This document shows positions 29,937-40,588 of a DNA stretch of 64,000 bases, piece by piece. The notes below the pieces were generated by a model. That model saw nothing but the letters and a program-made list of their open reading frames with translations, ran no database searches and had not been told where the DNA came from. The position numbers and the translations under genes were made by a program. Source of the stretch: Candidatus Kapaibacterium sp. (GTDB lineage: Bacteria; Bacteroidota; Ignavibacteria; Kapaibacteriales; UBA2268); contig OY762428.1 in assembly GCA_963665665.1 (NCBI GenBank), positions 4,512,001 to 4,576,000 on the forward strand. The letters are read 5' to 3'. Positions within the stretch are counted from its first letter, which is position 1; each line of letters opens with the position of its first letter.

Positions 29937-30584
29937 ATGGCTTCTTTATTTGATTCAATATCCCAACTAAGAAGGGATTACGGTAAGGACAACCTAAACA
30001 TAGATACACTGGACACTAACCCATTCGGTCAGTTTAAAATCTGGATGGAAGAAGCTGTTAACGCGGACTTCTTGGATCCTAACGCCATGGCACTATCAAC
30101 GGCAGACAAGGAAGGAAGGCCTTCTTCAAGGATCGTACTTCTTAAGGGGTGGGACGAGAGCGGATTTGTTTTCTATACAAACTACGAAAGCAGAAAAGGC
30201 CGCGAAATAGATGAAAACCCCAATGCATGCCTGTTGTTTTTCTGGGATAAGCTGGAAAGGCAAATAAGAATAAATGGCCGCCTTGAGAAAATTTCTCCCG
30301 AAGAATCAGATAAATATTTTCAATCCCGAGACTACGTCAGCCGCCTGGGTGCATGGGCTTCCGAGCAGAGCAGGCCGTTAAGCAGCAGATTCACACTTAT
30401 GAGGCGCGTGGCAAAGCTTGCACTGAAATATACCAATAGTGTTCCCCTGCCGCCATTTTGGGGGGGATATCGGCTTAAACCTGTAGAATTTGAATTCTGG
30501 CAGGGACGCGAGAGCAGGTTGCACGACAGGTTCAAATATCTTCCTGAAAAGAATAAATGGGAAATATCAAGGCTGAATCCTTAG
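29937..30584 (+). CDS. pdxH: Pyridoxamine 5'-phosphate oxidase
   Basis: PSSRIVLLK, FYTNYESRK, WGGYR, EFWQGR.SRLHDR. Confidence 0.95.
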   Translation: MASLFDSISQLRRDYGKDNLNIDTLDTNPFGQFKIWMEEAVNADFLDPNAMALSTADKEGRPSSRIVLLKGWDESGFVFYTNYESRKGREIDENPNACLLFFWDKLERQIRINGRLEKISPEESDKYFQSRDYVSRLGAWASEQSRPLSSRFTLMRRVAKLALKYTNSVPLPPFWGGYRLKPVEFEFWQGRESRLHDRFKYLPEKNKWEISRLNP

Positions 30585-30771
30585 TGGAAATGATTTGTTA
30601 CATCTTCAAATATTGTGGATGGTTTTTAATATTCTGCTACTGGTAATCGAAGTATTTAGCAGAATATCAATAAGGTTAGCTCAAATTTATGCCAATATAA
30701 AAATAAAAAAACCCAAAGATTAATTAGGAAAATTTCCAAAATTAGCTCTGGGTTTTTTGCATCTTAATTTT

Positions 30772-31728
30772 TTACTGATTTTTAAAATATTTATTCCTGA
30801 TCTTTGATAAAGTTTCATAACCATGAGCTACTGTATAGAAATGGCCTTCGCCCTGTATGATGTGATATTCAAAATCTTTTAGTTTCTTTTCGTAATATTT
30901 TGATATTTTCATAGGTACAAACAGGTCATCCTTGCCCTGAAAAATATCAACATGCGGTTCTATGTCTGAAACATCAAAGCCCCAATCCTGGACAATCCTT
31001 TGGGCATCATAAGACGGTCCTTTAGTTCCGTGTTTGAACGATTCCTGGAAATCACGCATGAACATATTCTGGAAATCCGGAATTTCAAATAACTTCTTGT
31101 CAGCTTCGCATAAACTTGAAGAAAACATTTTTACAAATGATTTCGGGCTTTTAAGAAATTTTTGTGATAGTTCGACAATCCCATAGGAAAGCCTGAAAAA
31201 TGAAAGAGGGGCTTTATCTGCCAATTTTGCATATACCCTGTCAACAAATCCTATATCTTTTTGCATTTCAGGATCATTGTAAACCGGTGCCGCACATGCA
31301 AGGTTAATAACACATGCAAGATCGTCGGGATATTTAAGAGCATAGGCCATAAGTGTAGGGCCTCCGCCCGAAATACCCATGATACCAAAATGTTTTAATT
31401 TTAGTTTTTTTACAAGTTCTTTAATATCATCAGCGTAGTCGAGATGCGTCCATTCACGGAACTCTGAATCGGCAATACCGGGCCTGGTGGGAACAATTAT
31501 CCTGAAATTGTATTCTTTTCCTGGTTTATGCAGCATCATGGGATGAATATGCGCTCCCGTACCATGAAAAAATACAATCGGATCTCCGCCGGGGTTTCCA
31601 TATTCCCTGTAAGCAAGTTTTATTCCTGATGATGTATTCAGAAATTTCACTTTTTTATTCAGTTCGTCAATTTCATCATTAGTCAGTATACTCAGTTTTG
31701 GTTTTTTTTCATTAGAAGTATTTTGCAT
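30772..31728 (-). CDS. Alpha/beta hydrolase
   Basis: FFHG, RPG, GISGG nucleophile elbow, G.DD.FVP, EGH. Confidence 0.85.
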   Translation of the reverse strand: MQNTSNEKKPKLSILTNDEIDELNKKVKFLNTSSGIKLAYREYGNPGGDPIVFFHGTGAHIHPMMLHKPGKEYNFRIIVPTRPGIADSEFREWTHLDYADDIKELVKKLKLKHFGIMGISGGGPTLMAYALKYPDDLACVINLACAAPVYNDPEMQKDIGFVDRVYAKLADKAPLSFFRLSYGIVELSQKFLKSPKSFVKMFSSSLCEADKKLFEIPDFQNMFMRDFQESFKHGTKGPSYDAQRIVQDWGFDVSDIEPHVDIFQGKDDLFVPMKISKYYEKKLKDFEYHIIQGEGHFYTVAHGYETLSKIRNKYFKNQ

Positions 31729-32006
31729 AATAAAATTCCGATTATTTGCAATAATATATACATTAATATAAATTATTTCTTATGAAATTGCAAACACGAT
31801 TTGATAATGAGAAAGGAAAATATGGAGGCGGGATATTTCCAAAAACTTTGTGTATAATGGCCTTAAATCTTTTGGGTGAAGAATTATGCTGATTATTGCT
31901 GTGTATTTGTTTTTATCGAAGTATATTCCATAAATAAAAGAGATTTTGTTGCAACCGAAATATTATAATTATCATTTGTTCTTTACTTATGGTAAATGAA
32001 GTTTTC

Positions 32007-32046
32007 AAAAAAAAATCCGATAACTCATGGCTATCGGATTTTTTTT
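32007..32046. terminator. Bidirectional-type terminator downstream of the DUF6580 gene
   Basis: A8-TCCGATA...TATCGGA-T8. Confidence 0.65.
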
Positions 32047-32061
32047 ATTTTTAAACCAGTA

Positions 32062-32586
32062 TTACTTGCTTGATGCAAGAGCCGGGATTTTTCTTTCCGC
32101 TAATGCATAAGCCCCAAAGAAAACTGCACTAAAGGCAAGGGTTCCAACTGCTTCGTAGCGGAAGAAAGGAATAGCCATATCAAAACATGTAATAAGTCCT
32201 GCAAAAGATGCTTCGTACCACGAACCGAACATCCAAAGGCTGAGATTGGAAAGTACGAAGAAAATAACAGATGCAGCCAAAGAGCCACTAAAAACTTTAA
32301 GGGCATTTGGTTTTGCAAGAAATATCCTTCCTATCAGAACGCTAAGAATGAAACCAAGATATACGCCCGGCATTCCGGCATGGAATCCAAGGAATATATC
32401 ACTGAGGAACATTGCTGCGAGTGGCAGAATAAAAGCGATTTTTTTATCAGATATCATAGCTCCGCCAAAAATAGCCATTGCCATCAAAGGTGTTACATTC
32501 GGAGGATGGGGGAGAAAGCGAGATACAGCAGCTACAAGTATTATGCCTGCCACTGTAAGTAATTTAGCATTAAAAAATCTTTTCAT
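32062..32586 (-). CDS. DUF6580-like putative vitamin transporter (ECF S-component-like)
   Basis: Six TMs with SRFLPHPPNVTP..AMAIFGG, SD.FLG, FF.LSN, C..MAIPFFR. Confidence 0.7.
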   Translation of the reverse strand: MKRFFNAKLLTVAGIILVAAVSRFLPHPPNVTPLMAMAIFGGAMISDKKIAFILPLAAMFLSDIFLGFHAGMPGVYLGFILSVLIGRIFLAKPNALKVFSGSLAASVIFFVLSNLSLWMFGSWYEASFAGLITCFDMAIPFFRYEAVGTLAFSAVFFGAYALAERKIPALASSK

Positions 32587-32848
32587 AATATACACTCAAA
32601 ATTTGTCATTCAAATACAACTATGCAAAATTAATTCTTTTGCATCAAATCACAAAGCAAGTGGAAAAATTCTTTTTTCATCTTTCCGCAATTGCTTTTCA
32701 CATTTCGTATATTATCATAAATTTATATTAAAATCAAGAAATTATTTTTTTTAGCATTTTTTCGCCTTATTAAATATCATTCAGTTCAAAACTCTGGTAT
32801 GAAATCTGATAGTATATTTTATATAGTTTGTACAAACAAGGCTGAAGA

Positions 32849-35113
32849 ATGTCTAAGGACAGGAAAAAATATAGAATAACAGAAAAAGAAGGCGCAGATA
32901 TTTTCCTTGAGGCAATACGTTCTACGCCGCAATCCAAACCTGAAACAGAAGCTCAGGAGGAAGCATCATTCAAAAAGAAGTTTAGCCGAAAGCTTTTAAT
33001 TATTGGTTCTCCTATTATATTGTTTATAATAATAATGAGTGTGGTAGCTTATAATCTCGTTATGGAATTCCGCTCTGAAAACATTGAGATAAACACTGTT
33101 ATCAGCAATGTAGAACGTTATGAATCAATACTGAAAAAAGGACACGGTCTGGAAAAGAATTTCGAAGAATCTATGCATTATGCAGATTCACTTCTTGGCG
33201 CCATTGATTCTCTGATTGATGAATACCCGGATAAAGATACACTTAAAACTCTATGGTCCGATGTACTTGTGCATAAATACGAGAGATATATAAATTACAT
33301 GTTGAAAAGCGCCAAGTATGATAATATTGCAGGGCTGGACAGTACTCAGGTTCAGAAGGCAAGGAATTACAATCCGTCATTTGCTTCACTAATTGATATA
33401 ATGTCCACTTTGCCGGAATTCTACCAGTATAAGCAATTATATCCTGAGCCGCCAATACTTGCAAGCAATGTACCACAGCAGTGGGATATTGATAATTTGA
33501 TAGAAAAGTCAGAGAGAATTCTTGATTTTCTTAAAACTGATGCAGTTGCTATCGAAGTTGATTTTCCGGTGCTCTATACCTGGATAAAATATATATCCAA
33601 TACAATTTTTCCGGAATTGGAGGAATGGAAAAAATTCTGGGATAAATACAGAAAAGCTGTTCTTAATGAGAACGAGATAATTAATTCGGGATTACTTGAT
33701 GATTTAAGGCAGGAATACCCCGACCTACAGATTCTGAATTTTGGCAATGACGACAATCTTGAAGCATTCACAGGATTCTCCATTGGTATCAGCAAGGAAA
33801 CTCTTCTACCATGTCACAGTAATCTATTACGTGAATGGAAAACGCTGGAAGATTTTTTCAGGAAAAAATTTGATATTGAAGTTAATGTAAAATACTTTGA
33901 GACTTCATTACAACTTGAAAATGAACTGGATAAGGATATTATTGACATTGCTGTTCTTGACCTCAAAGCTTCGACCAAGGCTTACTTTGCCCGTGGTGGA
34001 ATTCCAATTGCTATGAGAGCCTGGAATCGGAAAAAATATCCGGCCGCGTACTTGATAGGTTTAGGAGTAGAAAATGAACCGGGAAAATCTGATAAAATAT
34101 GTTCTCCTGTAACTGACTATTATGATTTACTCAGCTACCTGCAATCCAAAAACGATAATATTAGTACAATAGTCAATCAAATTGCTCTGACTAATTCTGT
34201 CGACTCACTGTCAAAAGTATTAAATTCAGGGGAAATAAAATATTCTGTCTTATGTGAAGAAGCTTTGTACTATCTGCAAAGCTGCAATTCGCTGAAAAAG
34301 CCCATAAATATTATAAAAACCCTTGGCAATACTCCTATGGGAGTTTTGTGGGCCAGGGAAGGACTTCCGGCCCAATCAATAAGGAAAATCCAGAATATAA
34401 TGATCCCTCTTATACCGGCTGATGTCTATAACTACGGCGTACCAATCAGAGATCATCCCTTTGCAGACTGGACTCTTTACGACCCGGCTATTATGGAAAA
34501 ATTCTTTGGAAATGCGCGTGATATATTCCTGAAATATAATCCTGATATTAACAGGATTCATATGCTGCCTCCTGAAGTTCCGAATAAAAACATATCATCT
34601 CCCCTGAAAGATGCTCTTACTGAATTTCTTGAAAAAGAAGGTTTTGCAGTAATTCATTCTTCTTCAGGTAATAAACTTTCGCAGGGCGATCAGTTCCTTA
34701 CACTATCCGCGAAAGAAAATTCTAACGATGAGATTGAATATACAATTAAAGTGCACCATGAAAAAGGTGAAAAGGACAGTTTGTTATATCACGACCACTT
34801 TACCGGCCAAAAGAAAGATTTTCCACCGGATTTTGAGCATAAATTATTTGAAATGCCTGCATATCTTAAAGTTATCGGTAAAGTAGTAAAAGTTGAAGGA
34901 AAACGGATAATTGTTAAAACTGATGTTGCCACGAGAGTTTTAAAAGGCAACTATGCTTATATCATTCATGAAAAGGATATTCATAATAGAAACAGGAAAG
35001 CTATCGGCGAAGGAAAAATAATCGAAACAGGAAAGAGCAATCTTATAATAAAAATTGATAAAAACAGTTCTGATATCCATGTAGGAGATTATTGCGAAAT
35101 AAGAAGAAAATGA
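32849..35113 (+). CDS. Membrane-anchored protein with a phosphonate-type SBP-like (PBP2) domain and a C-terminal beta domain
   Basis: One TM near aa 50-72. The segment 'WKTLEDFFRKKFDIEVNVKYFETSLQLENELDKDIIDIAVL' resembles the PhnD-type N-lobe; the C-terminus 'GKVVKVEGKRIIV...IHVGD' resembles FlgT-C. Confidence 0.5.
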   Translation: MSKDRKKYRITEKEGADIFLEAIRSTPQSKPETEAQEEASFKKKFSRKLLIIGSPIILFIIIMSVVAYNLVMEFRSENIEINTVISNVERYESILKKGHGLEKNFEESMHYADSLLGAIDSLIDEYPDKDTLKTLWSDVLVHKYERYINYMLKSAKYDNIAGLDSTQVQKARNYNPSFASLIDIMSTLPEFYQYKQLYPEPPILASNVPQQWDIDNLIEKSERILDFLKTDAVAIEVDFPVLYTWIKYISNTIFPELEEWKKFWDKYRKAVLNENEIINSGLLDDLRQEYPDLQILNFGNDDNLEAFTGFSIGISKETLLPCHSNLLREWKTLEDFFRKKFDIEVNVKYFETSLQLENELDKDIIDIAVLDLKASTKAYFARGGIPIAMRAWNRKKYPAAYLIGLGVENEPGKSDKICSPVTDYYDLLSYLQSKNDNISTIVNQIALTNSVDSLSKVLNSGEIKYSVLCEEALYYLQSCNSLKKPINIIKTLGNTPMGVLWAREGLPAQSIRKIQNIMIPLIPADVYNYGVPIRDHPFADWTLYDPAIMEKFFGNARDIFLKYNPDINRIHMLPPEVPNKNISSPLKDALTEFLEKEGFAVIHSSSGNKLSQGDQFLTLSAKENSNDEIEYTIKVHHEKGEKDSLLYHDHFTGQKKDFPPDFEHKLFEMPAYLKVIGKVVKVEGKRIIVKTDVATRVLKGNYAYIIHEKDIHNRNRKAIGEGKIIETGKSNLIIKIDKNSSDIHVGDYCEIRRK

Positions 35114-36816
35114 AAGTAATATTAATTAAATATATCATAGTAAGTTTATTCTTCTCGGCTGTAACAGTTTGGGCAGAGAACGAAACTGACAGTGCAGCAT
35201 CAAGGTTATATCCTGAAAAAAGAATTATATATACTTCAATTGATATAAACGGCCTTAAAGACTTAATAAAGAAACGCCTTGATGAAAGCCCCGAACTCGG
35301 TGCGTCACGTGCAAGAATCAGATCGGCTGAAAATCAGATTGAATCAATGGAGGCATCTTTTCTTCCTACTGTTAATGCAACAGCAGGTTATAGTTATTAC
35401 CGATCGCGCCACAGGGATGAAACCGTAAATAAAAGGGTGCCTGTAAAATGGGATAACGACAATCCGATAATTTCAAATATTAAACTGCCAAACGGCGGAC
35501 AGGGGATTATCTGGCTGCCCCGGCCGCTGGCATGGGATTACAGAGATATACCGGTGGTTGCCAGTATTGATTATTCTGACCGTTCTTTCAGATCGAATGT
35601 TGGCTTAAGCTATAAGTTACCTTTTGGTATGGTTATAAGCCCTTTCAGTTATTCAATGGATTACAGGTTTGCACCTAAATCTTATGGATTGCCCTGGACG
35701 GGAACTTTATCATCAAACTTGTTTATGCCGTTATTCAAAAATATGGGATGGTATGGCTCAAGCGAACATATTGACCTGGAAATTACTCAAATATCAAAAG
35801 AGATCAGTTCCAAATCCGAGAAAATTCAGTATAATAATATCATATACACATTGCTTGCTAATTACTTTTCTCTTTATTTCGAGAATTCAAAAATAAAAAT
35901 AATGGAAGAATTGGAAAAAAATCTGAATATTCAGATAAAAGACGTTGATATATTAAATTCCGAAGGCAGAATTACTGTTACGGAAAAGATCAGTACCGAA
36001 TCAAAACAAAGAAATATTAAATATGAAACCGAGTATTCGGCAAATAGGATCGTTTATTATTCAACTATGCTTGACAACAGAAATATTGATGAAGAAGAAA
36101 TTTTCATATATTCGCCAAAATTTATTAATGAATCACTCCTATGCACTAAGGTCAGATCGTTATTTAAGGAACTGATCAAAGAAGAAAGCCTGAAAAAATT
36201 AATTGAAAATCATCCAGGTGTTGATATATCAGAATTAGCCCTTGAACAATCAAGGATCAATGTTTTGTTCGCTGAAAATCAGGATCGTCCGGAAATAAAT
36301 CTGACCGGCTCTGTCCAAACTTATGAAGGCCCCCAGTACAATCTTGGCTATCATTCCCCCGGAACAGCATTGCTTAAGTCATTGAGCGATCCTGACGGGA
36401 TTTTCTGGAGCCTCGGGCTGCAATACAATCTTCCAACAGGAAAACCCGATAAATTCAATCTGATAGCAGCACAAGCAGAACTTGAAGCTGGTGAAAACGA
36501 TCTGAAAAGTGCTAAACGCTCTGTCTCGGACAGGTTAAAGCAACATATTTTTCAGATAAGTAATTCAATTGAATCTGTTGATAATGCCAAAGACAACCTG
36601 GATATGGTTCAGGAAATACATGACAAGGAGGCATTGCCACTTTTCCAGGCTAAAAGGCTGAACAGATTTGACTATTACTCATATCTGAACCAGGTTCTTA
36701 ATGCGAAGATCGGCCTTGTTCAAGCCAGGCAGCAGCTAATGTCTGATTTCTTTTCTTTCGTATCCGATATGCAGATAGATTGGAAAAAACCGGGAGGATT
36801 ATTGAATAATGAGTGA
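35110..36816 (+). CDS. TolC-family outer-membrane efflux protein
   Basis: Signal peptide; SPEL...ASFLPTVNATAGY, HP.V...RPEINLTGS, W..GLQYNLP repeats and long helices. ATGA overlap with the upstream gene. Confidence 0.75.
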   Translation: MKVILIKYIIVSLFFSAVTVWAENETDSAASRLYPEKRIIYTSIDINGLKDLIKKRLDESPELGASRARIRSAENQIESMEASFLPTVNATAGYSYYRSRHRDETVNKRVPVKWDNDNPIISNIKLPNGGQGIIWLPRPLAWDYRDIPVVASIDYSDRSFRSNVGLSYKLPFGMVISPFSYSMDYRFAPKSYGLPWTGTLSSNLFMPLFKNMGWYGSSEHIDLEITQISKEISSKSEKIQYNNIIYTLLANYFSLYFENSKIKIMEELEKNLNIQIKDVDILNSEGRITVTEKISTESKQRNIKYETEYSANRIVYYSTMLDNRNIDEEEIFIYSPKFINESLLCTKVRSLFKELIKEESLKKLIENHPGVDISELALEQSRINVLFAENQDRPEINLTGSVQTYEGPQYNLGYHSPGTALLKSLSDPDGIFWSLGLQYNLPTGKPDKFNLIAAQAELEAGENDLKSAKRSVSDRLKQHIFQISNSIESVDNAKDNLDMVQEIHDKEALPLFQAKRLNRFDYYSYLNQVLNAKIGLVQARQQLMSDFFSFVSDMQIDWKKPGGLLNNE

Positions 36817-37849
36817 TACATTACTATATATTGTGTCTTCGAAATGTGATGCCCGGGCGGTTCGGATCAAAGAATTTTGTTCAAAAAGAAGAATCAGGTC
36901 GACGATATTGTCTCTTGATTCAGATAATGATATCAGCATTTTCAGCGATAGTATCAGAATAAATAATAATGAAATTCCCGAAAACAGTATTTTTTTTAAT
37001 ATTGGCCTGAAACCGGACTATTTGGCGTTACCGGAATTTTGCGAATCCGGTCCGGACAGCTTCAATATCGGGCATGTATCATCGGAACAGAAATTAAGCC
37101 ACCTTTTATCGCTTCTTTTTATGGCGGATAATCTGGATAAATATCATGTTATTAATCCCCCATTTAAGTTGTTTAATTATATCAGCACCGGGTATTTTAC
37201 AGGTCGGATGAAACAGGAAGGATTTCCGGTATACCAATCGGTTTACACAAATTCCCTTGAATATTTCGAAAAAACAGATATTTATGGAAATAACGAATAT
37301 TTTATTTGGTCATATCCTGTTTATGATGCCCCGGAACAGCTTATAAGCAAAAAAAATATCGATAAGCTATTCAGATCAGGCCATACAATGCCCTTCTATA
37401 TAAGTGAATTTATTCCGGGAATCGATTATTCTGTATGGTTCTACAGGGGAACAGCAATTTTCGGAACCGGTTTAACTCCGCCGGAAAGAAACCAAGAAAT
37501 AACATTAGAAAAATTTGAGTATATTCCACCAAATATAGCTATGAATAATCTTGGGGAACTGACTTATCGACTTAATAATATTGATTTTTACCAGATAAAG
37601 GGCGTTATCAATAAAGATGGAAATCTGATTTTTCGAAAACTTATACCTCTTCCTGACATTACTGATTTGGGAAAAATGGGAAAAGATTATTTGTTAAATG
37701 TACTTATGAAAAAAATATTTGCCATGGCAGATATTAAACTCAGAATTTCAAAAAAATTTCCCGTAAATGAAAGCAGAACCAATGTTTTTCTTACACGAAT
37801 GCTTGATCCGCTATTCGAAGCAATAAATCCGCAGAAAGAGTATGAGTAA
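36809..37849 (+). CDS. Degenerate ATP-grasp-fold protein
   Basis: MvdD-like N-terminus (YIVSSKCD.RA..I), VINPP, GFPVYQS.YTNS, PFYISEFIPG.D; it lacks the D and ExN catalytic residues. Confidence 0.55.
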   Translation: MSDTLLYIVSSKCDARAVRIKEFCSKRRIRSTILSLDSDNDISIFSDSIRINNNEIPENSIFFNIGLKPDYLALPEFCESGPDSFNIGHVSSEQKLSHLLSLLFMADNLDKYHVINPPFKLFNYISTGYFTGRMKQEGFPVYQSVYTNSLEYFEKTDIYGNNEYFIWSYPVYDAPEQLISKKNIDKLFRSGHTMPFYISEFIPGIDYSVWFYRGTAIFGTGLTPPERNQEITLEKFEYIPPNIAMNNLGELTYRLNNIDFYQIKGVINKDGNLIFRKLIPLPDITDLGKMGKDYLLNVLMKKIFAMADIKLRISKKFPVNESRTNVFLTRMLDPLFEAINPQKEYE

Positions 37850-38930
37850 ACACAAACCGAAAATAATGATAGTTTCACCAATCGAAAACGACCCTCAATC
37901 GATAATTCTATTTGAAGAAATATTGAATAAGGGTGGAAATCCTGTTCTGTTGCCGTTCAAATTATATGAAAAAGAAAAGAACCATAGTTTCGGATTCAAT
38001 TTTAGGGAATTGTTTTTCAACGAAGAAATTATAAATTTAAAGGCCGTATTCATACGTGGAGTTTCGGTTGATACTCCGATAACATCTCCTGCATGGCAAT
38101 CAGATTTTGAAATGAACATCTGGCGGGCAAAGTATATTAAAGAAAATTATAAGATTTTTGCTATAAGTTCAATATTGAAAGAACTTGAAAATCAGGGAGT
38201 ATTAGTTGTGAACGGACTTGCTAAATATTTGTATCACAATATGAAATCCGGATTTTTTTCTTACCTGAGATCAAAGGGGATATCTGTTCCAGATAGTATG
38301 GGGACAAATTCATTATCAGAAGCATTGAATTTTAAAAATCGGTATGAAAAAATTGTTGCGAAATCTCCAAGCGGTGTAGGGGCTACAAAACTAATAAAAA
38401 ATTTTAAAGGCGTTGCGGATAAATCCCTGAAATATACTCCGCCAATGTTCCAGCAGGAGATAAAAGGGCAAACAATAAGAATACATACAGTTGGCAATAA
38501 AGTAGTTCTTGCCTTAAAAATAATTGCATCCGATATAGACAGCAGGACCGATACCAAAGGCTTTTCGTATTATAAAATGAAAAAAGAACATTCCGATGAA
38601 GTTTTAAGAGCCAATAGTTTATTAAATTTAAAATTTTCAGCGTGGGATGCAATAATTGGTGAAGATGACAAAATCTACCTTCTTGATTGCAATCCGGGCC
38701 CATACATATATTGGATAGGCTCATATTTTACAAGGCTGGTTAAATCGGAATTAGCCAGGTATCTGGTTGCTTTTGCAGAGTCCGGCGATGAAGAAATAGC
38801 AGAAGGGTCCATATCAGTGCCTGAATGCAAAATTCACAGGATTATGAAAATCGAAGAAAAGCATAGATATGTGTTATATAATGGAGAATTAAATCAGCAA
38901 CTCAGTCCTGAATATCGGCAAAGATATTAA
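37842..38930 (+). CDS. ATP-grasp ligase, RimK/MvdC-MvdD-like
   Basis: VVN...K, GISVPDS..TNS, VAKSPSG.G, PPMFQQEI.G..IRI..VG, FSAWDAI, YLLDCNP. Confidence 0.75.
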   Translation: MSKHKPKIMIVSPIENDPQSIILFEEILNKGGNPVLLPFKLYEKEKNHSFGFNFRELFFNEEIINLKAVFIRGVSVDTPITSPAWQSDFEMNIWRAKYIKENYKIFAISSILKELENQGVLVVNGLAKYLYHNMKSGFFSYLRSKGISVPDSMGTNSLSEALNFKNRYEKIVAKSPSGVGATKLIKNFKGVADKSLKYTPPMFQQEIKGQTIRIHTVGNKVVLALKIIASDIDSRTDTKGFSYYKMKKEHSDEVLRANSLLNLKFSAWDAIIGEDDKIYLLDCNPGPYIYWIGSYFTRLVKSELARYLVAFAESGDEEIAEGSISVPECKIHRIMKIEEKHRYVLYNGELNQQLSPEYRQRY

Positions 38931-39016
38931 GAAGAAATACTTAATTTGCCCAGTTTTCAAAATAAAAATACTTATTATTCCTCGATAAGAATATAAGCAA
39001 TTATTCCGGGGAATGT

Positions 39017-40588
39017 ATGGATAAAGTTTTACAATCTGATAAAAATAGTACAAACACAGAAAAAGAATCATTTCCGAAATTTCTTAATGTTTATAAGAAT
39101 TCGGATTTTATGACTCAGATGAAATCGTTGTTCATATACAGAGTGGGTATTGCCATGGTAATAACACTCTTTTTATTGCTGTTAACAACAGCTTACGTAC
39201 AAATTCAATTATTCAACAGTTTAAATATTACAACGTTAATCATAGAAATAATATGCTTTCTAATAATTTTATTGTCAATACTGATCCTTAAGAAAGGATT
39301 CGTCGATATTACTATTCATTTGATAATGATAGCCTGTTCTTTAGCTGTCTGGTTTGTAATTTTCTCTAATGAAACTTACTATCTTGCACGTTTTGATACA
39401 ATATCCTTTCTTTTTGGTGTCCTTGCAATGGTACCATTACTATCGAAAAGAAAACACTTCATAATTTTTTATACAGCTGCAAATATTGTTGTGCTGTTAA
39501 CTTTTGTTTTAAGTATTGATATAAAATGGACAAATTCTTCAGCTGACCTGGCAGATTATTTCATTGACAATGCGATGTCATTCATTTTCCTTGCAACTGT
39601 ATCTTATAATTCGTTTCTAATATATCGAAAGTCTTTCAATAGAAGTGAAGAAGCCCTGAAAAAAACAAAAGAATCAGAGGTAAAAGTACGAAAGCTAAAC
39701 GAGGAGCTTGAAGACAAAGTCCGTGAAAGAACTCTTGAATTGAATAATGCTTTGGAAAACCTTGAAGAATCAAATCTTGAATTAAAGGAATTAAATGAAG
39801 ATATTGCAAGGGAAGCCGATAAACTTGTAATCCTGAATGACAAGCTGACTGATTCGGAAATGAAATTGAAAGAAGCGAATGAAACCAAGGATAAATTCTT
39901 TTCGATAATTGCTCATGACTTGCGAAACCCGGTGGGTGGTATCAGAAATATGCTTGAAATACTCAAAAACAATGGCGGCCAGCTTGGAGAAGATGAAATG
40001 AAGCAGATAATAGATATCACCTATTCCGCTTCCGTCAGGACATCCCAACTACTGGAAAATCTTTTGGAGTGGGCAAGCATTCAGAAGGGTAAAATTGATT
40101 ACCTGCCGATGATGTATTCCCTGTATGATACTGTTAATAATGCAATTCAGGATGTTAAAGTGTCTGCTGATAAAAAGAATATAATTATTGAACATAATTT
40201 AGATAAATTACAGGTATTATTCTTTGATAAAAATTTAATGAATACAATTCTCAGGAACCTTCTTTCAAATGCCATTAAATATTCTATGGAAAACAGCAAA
40301 ATAGAGTTGATTATTAAAAGGAAAAAAGATAACTTGCATAACAAGGATTGCACGATTGTCACCGTCCGTGATTTTGGTATCGGAATGGATGATGAAACTC
40401 TCAGCAACCTGTTCAGAGTAGAAAAAGTAAAATCAATTCCGGGAACCAATAAAGAAAAAGGAACGGGCCTTGGATTGATATTATGTAAAGAATTTGTTGA
40501 AAAGCATGGCGGCGAAATTTGGGCTGAAAGCGAACCAGGGACCGGATCGAAATTTGTATTTACAATTCCCAATAATAAAATCAACTGA
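39017..40588 (+). CDS. Membrane-bound (about 6 TM) sensor histidine kinase, paralogue A
   Basis: TM N-terminus, LEDKVRERT S-helix, AHDLRNP, NLLSNAIKYS, D.GIG, GTGLGL. Confidence 0.92.
   Translation: MDKVLQSDKNSTNTEKESFPKFLNVYKNSDFMTQMKSLFIYRVGIAMVITLFLLLLTTAYVQIQLFNSLNITTLIIEIICFLIILLSILILKKGFVDITIHLIMIACSLAVWFVIFSNETYYLARFDTISFLFGVLAMVPLLSKRKHFIIFYTAANIVVLLTFVLSIDIKWTNSSADLADYFIDNAMSFIFLATVSYNSFLIYRKSFNRSEEALKKTKESEVKVRKLNEELEDKVRERTLELNNALENLEESNLELKELNEDIAREADKLVILNDKLTDSEMKLKEANETKDKFFSIIAHDLRNPVGGIRNMLEILKNNGGQLGEDEMKQIIDITYSASVRTSQLLENLLEWASIQKGKIDYLPMMYSLYDTVNNAIQDVKVSADKKNIIIEHNLDKLQVLFFDKNLMNTILRNLLSNAIKYSMENSKIELIIKRKKDNLHNKDCTIVTVRDFGIGMDDETLSNLFRVEKVKSIPGTNKEKGTGLGLILCKEFVEKHGGEIWAESEPGTGSKFVFTIPNNKIN

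Noticed and set aside
32596-32848. Cobalamin riboswitch or small precursor ORF in the divergent intergenic region
   Set aside because: AT-rich with promoter-like boxes only; no B12-box and no convincing small ORF.
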